From: Vicugna vicugna
Lineage: Eukaryota
DNA: 64,000 bases
Direction: 5' to 3'
NCBI GenBank assembly: GCA_013265495.1
Contig: MU058463.1
Coordinates: forward strand, 868,001 to 932,000
How positions within the stretch are numbered: the first letter of the stretch is position 1; each line of letters starts with the position of its first letter. The notes below the pieces were generated by a model that was not told the DNA's origin, made no database searches, and was given only the letters and a program-made list of their open reading frames with translations. Positions 57,950 to 64,000 of this stretch are shown here, piece after piece. Made by a program: the position numbers and the translations under genes.

Positions 57950-59900
57950 AGTAATAAATTAATGGCAAAAAACACACCCATAAGCAAAGTCCAAAGACAA
58001 TTGACAGGTGGTGAAAATATGTATTCAGTATATCTCAAAAAGAAAAGCTAATATACTTAATATATAAAGAATTTTCTAAAAATTTAGATTATAAAGACCA
58101 AAAAGCATGTAGTGAATGGGTAATATATGAACACACTAGTCACAGAAAAATACATACAAATTACTCTATGAGATGTAAAAAGACACTTAACTTTGCAAAT
58201 AATGAGAGAGTCAAAATAAAAGTATGCTTTCTCATCTATCAGAGAGGCAAAATATTTCATTTGACATTGTGTCTAAAACATCACTAATGAAAATGCAAAA
58301 TGCCACTATTCTTATGGAGAGGCACTTGGTGTTATCTAGGGAAATTACATATGCATCTATATTGTAGTACGGTAATCCTACTTCTTAAAATCTATCCTGA
58401 AGATACATTTGCAAAATGGCTTATGAAAAATGTTGTTTGCTCTGGTGTCATTTGTAATGGCAATATTAGAAACAACCAAAACGCCCATCCATAAAGGACT
58501 GGGTGAAAAAAATGAAAAAATTATACAGTCACAATATAGAGTACTAGTTTGTTGTAAAAACATATGAACTCCACACACTGATATGGAGTGATCTCCATAG
58601 TATATTATTAAATGAAAAGAAGCAAGACACAAAACAATATATATTACACCACCCTTTGAATAAGAAATTAGAAAAAGTAAATATATACACAATGTTTATA
58701 TTTGTAAAACACTAATGAACACCAAACTGAAACTTCTAAAAATAGATATTGCTTATAAGGAGAGGGGCAAACAAAATGGAAGGGATAGAGATAAAAAGAA
58801 TTCTTGTGAATGTACCTATAATATAATTTTGAGATGTGACTCATGTAAATGTTTTATATAATCTAAAAGCAAAATAAAATCATAAAGAAAAATCTCTTAA
58901 CTTAAATTAATTGAAAAAAATAAAGCTAATTATATATAATTTGAGTGATATAAGTTCCTAGAGGGAAAAAATCAGTCCAAGAGTTTATACATTCTCAATG
59001 CAATATAGTTAAGGACAAAAATGAATGCAAAGAAATCTCAAACTTTATTCTGTTGTGTTATTGTTATATTGTGCATACTTCATTTATAATTCTGGATATT
59101 GTAAGATGATGAAAACAAGTAATTGTGTTTATATTGTGTAGAAAAGTAACTTTGGAACATAAAAGATAAAATAGTATAAAGCTTATATTTGAATTGAATA
59201 AAGCACACATTGTTTTCATGTTTTTATTTTTGAATGTATTGAAAAGATTTGACACTGTCCATTGAAAAGTTTTAAGGGCAATAAAACCCCAGTAGCAATA
59301 AAGCACCTCTAGCAGTCAGATTTTGTGTGTTAAATGCCTTTCAACAACAAAAGTAATAAGCATGCTCAGAGAAAAACTCTTTTACATGCTGGACAGGAAT
59401 GCAGGAGATGAGTTTGGGGAATAATGTTCAATATAAAGAATAGAAGCAACAAAAGGATTATGGAGTCTGTACAGAAGGCACAGAAGCGACCTTAAAGGAA
59501 CTCTTACTGCTTTATGTTAGAATCAGTTGTGATTTGAAATGAACGATTACTAAAGTATATTGAAAACAACAAGCTTACAAAAATCTCAGAATTGATAGAT
59601 AAGTAGATAGTTAGACAGATAGAAATAGAAGTATATTGAATCAGAGAGAAATAAGTCAATGTTCCTTGAGAACACTGGAGGTTTCCAGGGTGCTAATTCA
59701 TTATGATGAACATTGATAGTTAAATGAGAAAAATTAAGAAAATTTTCTGCACCTTTTGTATGGACTACATTTCAGAATTGTTAAAACACTACTAGATGTG
59801 GGGGACGGGGTGATTTCAAATACAGGATAATTACAGCTAATGAATGCAGAGTGATTGAAACAACTAGAACATCACAATTTTGTAGTTCCTAACAGGTAAC
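57950..59900 (+). mobile_element. Old L1ME/L1MC-type ORF2 end and 3' region fragments
   Basis: 'caaagtccaaagacaattgacag', 'aatcctacttcttaaaatctatcctgaagataca', 'actgatatggagtgatctcca'. Confidence 0.7.
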
Positions 59901-60943
59901 TGATTTAGGCGATGGTGTGATTTATATTACTTATTGCTCCAAATGAGGAAGCACCAAGGTCAAGAAACTTAGGCAAGCTTTCAAACTAGTGGCAAGCAGT
60001 TTACAATGAGGCAGTCTCATGGCATAGGAGTAAGATAAGATAGTAAAGAGAGAAGGCAAGAAAGAGTTAACTGCATTCTATCCCAGAGGGTTTTAATATT
60101 TTTGAAACTAAAATTAAATTCCTTTTGCTTGTGAAAAGTTCTATGTTCAGCTAGGAGGCTGCTATGAAACATTAAACACTGTCAATTCTTACTGTGATGC
60201 TGCATTAATACTGCATATCATCAATATTTTATATTAAGAATGTTAATTATCCCTGAGTTTCTGGAATGTCTAACAGTGCTAAAGTACTAGTGCACTAATT
60301 TTATTTTTAATACACTTTCTTTTTTCTATTGGCTGTTCTCCCTGGATCTGATTCTTTCCCCTGCAGTGAGAAATGAGTTAAATCAGTTCTCACTGTCAAG
60401 CGGAACAGCCTTGGAGCTGAGTTAATTCATCACCTACTGACAAAAGGTTAAAAGTATTGAATATCAATATACAGAATGTTTTCCAACTCACAGCAATTGT
60501 TTGGCATTGCTGATGTCTTGAGCTCTGGGAATAAAGTGCAAGGTTTTGGCATTTTCTATGTCCATGGAGTTACTTTCTTAATGTGCTTTATATATGAGAA
60601 TAAATACAAGTTTTTGCCGTCACTTTTTTTTAATATAGTTGACATTAGAGATATAAAAATTTTGAAACAAAGGCTAATATAATAATGAAATGTGTACATT
60701 TGCTTTCACAATAAAAGCAAACTTCCACAACTGATTTGAAGAATTATCAGCTGGATCTATACAGTGTAGACTCATGCTTATTTATGTTTATCTGATTACA
60801 CATTCAGACTCTAGTCACCTACAAAGACTGAACAATAGGATCATTATTTTTGAATGAATTTAACTCAATTAACGTGCAAAGAACTCTGTTAGGCATTAGG
60901 AAAACCAACGCATAAAATTCTTCCCATGAACACAAAGGATAAG

Positions 60944-61115
60944 TATTCCAGCAGATTAAGATAAGATATATTTCTGTGTATGTGTGCGTGTGTCTGTGTA
61001 TACGCAAATGCATTATAGAGAAAAATTTTAGAGAAATAAATATTCCAGCAGATTAAGATAAGATATATTTCTGTGTATACGCAAATGCATTATAGAGAAA
61101 AATTTTAGAGAAATA
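60944..61115. repeat. Tandem duplication (95 bp and 75 bp copies)
   Basis: tattccagcagattaagataagatatatttctgtgtat...gagaaata twice; the second copy lacks 20 nt lying between tctgtgtat repeats. Confidence 0.92.
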
Positions 61116-64000
61116 TTATAGCCTAGAAAAGATAGATTATGTTGACCAGTTTCTATGCCCTTGGAAGTTACTTCATTTAAATTTGAAAATTAAGTACAGT
61201 AGTAAAGTGGGCTTAAAAATAGGAAAAGCTTTGGTCTGTGGAGATGGTGGCTACCTCATGAATTTTATGCATTTGTATACAGAGAATATGCTGTGGAAAT
61301 ATGTGTATAGGAGAATGGGTAAATATATTAAAGTTCCAAATTGACTCTTCAAAATACAGTCTGCATGGATGGAGAGACAACAAGGTCCTTGAGCACAAAA
61401 TTCTTAATGATAATAACAACAGCAACAATAGTTAATAATTCTGCAGAAGGTAAGAAACTTAAACTTATTTGGAGATGTCTTAAACCAGGAACAGGTCCAA
61501 GGATCTTAAAGAATAGGGATCTTCCATTGAGTGGAAACCAGACTGTATGTTAGTCAGAAGATTTTATAGGTAAGGAGTGATTATAGTATTCTTGTGAGAA
61601 ATAATGAGGGTTACATCTAGGGTTGTGTCATGGCAAATGGACAGTAGGAAACGGAGGTAATACAGAATTGAAGACAACATCCATCTAATTGAACTGGGGA
61701 ACTAGAGTGAGATAACAGTGAGGAACAATTCCAGAGTTTCAGGCTTCAATCACTGGTAACATATTCAGAAGTCTATGGTGCTACCTGGAATGTAAGAGAA
61801 AAGAAAAACATATATATGTGAATATATAGACATTTATATGTGTGTGCTTTTATAGATGCACACACACATGAATACACACGCACACACCCCCATTGTTGTT
61901 TGTAAAGGAATATGTCCCTGTGAACTCAATATGAAATTTGATAGTCTCCACAGAGTATCTGAATGGTGATTTTTCAGAGGTCAGAATAGGTGTGTGACCC
62001 AAGGCTGTTGTTAGCAGAATGAACTGGAGTCATCAACAAAGAAAAATCAATAAAAAGATTAGAGATTATTTTTACTTGTTCAAAATTGTAATCTCATCTT
62101 GAAGTAGGAATAAACTTTGATATATGCATTTTATAGATTTTATCCTTAAGACTTTATCAAAATTTGGACAGAAAATATTTTACATATTGGCTTATATTTT
62201 TTTTTGTTGCTGTATACAAACATCACATTTTTTGCTTTATTATGTGGTTGAACAAGTTCCTGTCGATTCTGTGACCATAAGGCTTCTGATACTAGAGATC
62301 TTCATATGAGAACTTCTAGAGATATTCAGTTATCAGATCCTTCAGACAACCACAAAACTGAATTTGGTATTTTTCATTTATACAGTATACTGCAAATTAT
62401 TTTCAGCATTGTATAGTTTATGTAATAACATCTGTATAGGGCTTTAAAACTATATAGGGTTTTAATCTGTGTAAAGCCAAAATAAATATATGTGTCTATT
62501 CTAGTGAAATGGAAGATTTAGGTTGTTTCAAAATTTTTGCTATTACAACATACTTTGTAGTATAGTGCTTCTTTGTACACATATGCCAGTGTTTCTAGGT
62601 CATGTTCTGTGAGTATAATTCGTAGGTTATACACATCATCAATTTTATTTAAAAATATTAAATTGCAATTTTAAGACAGGGATATGATATATACCTGCTT
62701 CATATTGTTTCATACTTATCCAACTGACTTCCTTTTATGCATTCAGAGAATGCACAGCCATAGTGACTACTGATTACTGCAGTTCTGAATAGCAGGTTTA
62801 GTTTCATAAATACTGTTATTCAGCAGTGCAAAAATTAAAATGCAGTATTTCCGTTTGTTCACTTCCCTTTTTATCTCAAGCCTGTTAGTTTACCTCAACA
62901 ACTCTCTGATTTTTTTTTTCTAATTAAGAAAGAAAAACTGTGACAAATGAAGAAAAGTACTGTAGAAAATGAGATGTTTGATAGCAGTGTTACATTGGGG
63001 CAAAACAAATGTCAGAACTGTCAATATTTGAGAATTCAGTCATGTTCTGCCCACCAAGGTCTGGGAATAAAAGAAAAAGTTGCCTCTAAGAATTAAACTA
63101 CAAACACAACATCTAACTGATCATCACAGAGATACACTAAATGATTTTAGTCAGACTTCTAAGCTGGTAACATTTAACTGCATCTCTCGTAAATGACAGG
63201 CAGCAAATCTAAGGAAATAATTCCTCAATAATGAACAGTATCATTACCACTAAAGCACGGGATATCTAAATTCTTTCATATTGTATTGAAGCTCTGTCAA
63301 GAAAAGAAAGTCTTGGCATTTGTTATCCAAAACAGTAGCAACTAACCACACATAGCAAGTAAAATTTAATTTTACTTTTACTAAATTAAACAGAAATTCA
63401 GTTAGTTATACTATTTACATTCCAAGTGCTCAATGGCCGCAATTGACTAGTTACAAGTTACAACGCTCCACTGTTCTGTGGTCACAGAGTATTCTACTAA
63501 ACAATGCTGGTTTAGACAATAGATTTCAAATATTTACATAACAGTGTGGAAGTGACTTACTAAGTAATAGCGCAACAACTTGCACTATTATAATCTTATT
63601 TCTAGAAATATTCTCAGTATGATATAAATTCATATATTTATACTAGCATGATGCCATTACCTGTTTGAGCCATTTACATTGTCATTTATCTTTCCATGTT
63701 CAAGTTTTGTCTTTTATAATAGATTGGGCTGGTCGTGAATATTCAATTATGCTAACCCTTATTAAAATATTTTTATTGGAAGTGAGTAAACTGAGTATCT
63801 GATTTGATTTTACATTGTAAATTACTTTACAGATAAATAAATTAATCATGCCAATACATGAATTCCACCCTAAGTATCAGTTATATTATTTCTTGCAAAT
63901 TAACACATTGCCCTTCTGGCTTTACACATCATTCACATGTGCTTGATTACTGCTAAATATATCCAAGATATTGTTACAACTCTTAGCAGATATATTAGGT

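Overview
AT-rich mammalian genomic DNA, not prokaryotic. It contains no supportable intact protein-coding gene and is probably intergenic or deep intronic. The young L1 3'-UTR type and the absence of Alu, Bov-tA and PRE1 SINEs suggest a cetartiodactyl, probably a camelid (inference from recall, no database search). The window is a layered transposon record. It holds a near-full-length but disabled and 3'-truncated L1 (minus strand, ~31.9-38.7 kb), several 5'-truncated L1 copies with target-site duplications (TSDs), older L1M/L2/MIR relics, MaLR and ERV1-like solo LTRs, and MER2/MER3/hAT-type DNA elements. The most notable non-routine items are: a heavily decayed piggyBac-like transposase fossil (~0.7-1.43 kb), an orphan GC-rich 760-bp insert splitting an old L1, a 3'-truncated U4 snRNA retrocopy with TSD, and an apparently identical 1,951-bp tandem duplication with a 1-nt non-templated junction. 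I found no evidence for a novel functional multi-gene system. Repeat family names come from recognition by eye and need RepeatMasker/Dfam confirmation.
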